NCBI GenBank assembly: GCA_036376245.1
Contig: DASVAS010000072.1
Coordinates: forward strand, 12,959 to 76,958
Source: Thermoanaerobaculia bacterium
GTDB taxonomy: Bacteria; Acidobacteriota; Thermoanaerobaculia; Multivoradales; UBA5704
DNA: 64,000 nucleotides
Reading direction: 5' to 3'
Shown: in pieces, positions 63,608 through 64,000 of the stretch
How positions within the stretch are numbered: position 1 is the stretch's first letter
Layout: each line of letters starts with the position of its first letter
Position numbers and translations under genes: made by a program
Notes under the pieces: generated by a model
The model's input: only the letters and a program-made list of their open reading frames with translations
Database searches by the model: none
Told to the model about the DNA's origin: nothing

Positions 63608-64000
63608 ATGCCTTCCGCCCTCGACCGCTTTCTTCCCGACTACCGCCACAACGAGGTCCACGAGACGGTCATCGCCGCCTCTCCTGAACGGGTCCTGAGG
63701 GCGGTCGAGGAGCTGACCGTCAAGGAAATGCCCCTGACGGTCCTCCTCATGGGGATCCGTACCCTGCCGGCGCGGCTGCTGGGCAAGCCCGTGCGGCCGG
63801 GTGGCGCCGACCGTCCCGTTCTCGAAGTCGCGCAAAAGGGTGGCTTTCTGCTCCTCTCGCGGGAACCCCGGGAGGTCGTCCTCGGCGTCGTAGGGCAATT
63901 CTGGAGGCCGGCCGCGGAGGTGGCACGGCTCTCGTCCCCCGAGGAGTTCCTGGCTTTTTCCGAGGAAGGCTACGCTAAGGGGGCGGTGAACTTCTCGCTC
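63608..64000 (+). CDS. hypothetical protein, 3' truncated by the window end
   Basis: The ATG at 63608 opens a frame (MPSALDRFLPDYRHNEVHETVIAASPERVLRAVEEL...) that runs to the window edge. No family assigned. Confidence 0.3.
   Translation, partial: MPSALDRFLPDYRHNEVHETVIAASPERVLRAVEELTVKEMPLTVLLMGIRTLPARLLGKPVRPGGADRPVLEVAQKGGFLLLSREPREVVLGVVGQFWRPAAEVARLSSPEEFLAFSEEGYAKGAVNFSL

Overview
Assignments are by reading the sequence and translating by eye against remembered family motifs; no database searches, alignments or folding programs were run. This is a high-GC (visibly ~65-70%) chromosomal segment that looks acidobacterial, because it carries three tandem paralogues of the Acidobacteria-type VWFA protein family (N-terminus FGE.VEVNVVNVDVYV.D, C-terminus GGRAILD.NDF). 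I support about 52 protein-coding genes, one tRNA-Lys(TTT), no rRNA and no CRISPR. Housekeeping content includes a hemA-hemC-hemD operon with overlapping stop/start codons, purA, an alkaline phosphatase, a prolyl oligopeptidase, an acyl-CoA dehydrogenase, a quinone oxidoreductase, a CPA2 antiporter, the tag DNA glycosylase, yhbY and a brnT-brnA toxin-antitoxin pair. Many of the long ORFs in the supplied track are antisense or off-frame shadows typical of high-GC DNA and were rejected. The non-housekeeping content I rate most interesting is: (i) a lower-GC block encoding a plant-NLR-like TIR/NB-ARC/TPR STAND NTPase convergent with two tandem Uma2 (DUF820) nucleases, bounded by a ~500-bp repeat-dense non-coding region containing a 24-bp dyad-repeat array and by a stack of perfect hairpins, which I read as a candidate, uncharacterised antiviral/defence island; (ii) an AT-rich patch followed by six exact-phase 20-bp direct repeats, an iteron-plus-AT-tract architecture, sitting between two convergent chromosomal genes; (iii) two apparently undescribed intergenic repeat families, namely about 190-bp GC-rich MITE-like palindromic elements (4 full copies plus derivatives) and large hairpins whose arms are tandem 9-bp units (3 copies, always at gene 3' ends); (iv) a tightly coupled four-gene cassette of NitT/TauT-type ABC permease and ATPase, a coiled-coil membrane protein, and a periplasmic-binding-protein domain fused to an OmpA-like peptidoglycan-binding domain; (v) several multidomain secreted proteins (triple DUF1080/LamG-like repeats, Cys-bracketed FG-GAP repeats, and HAF/lipase/Big_2/dockerin-like domains).
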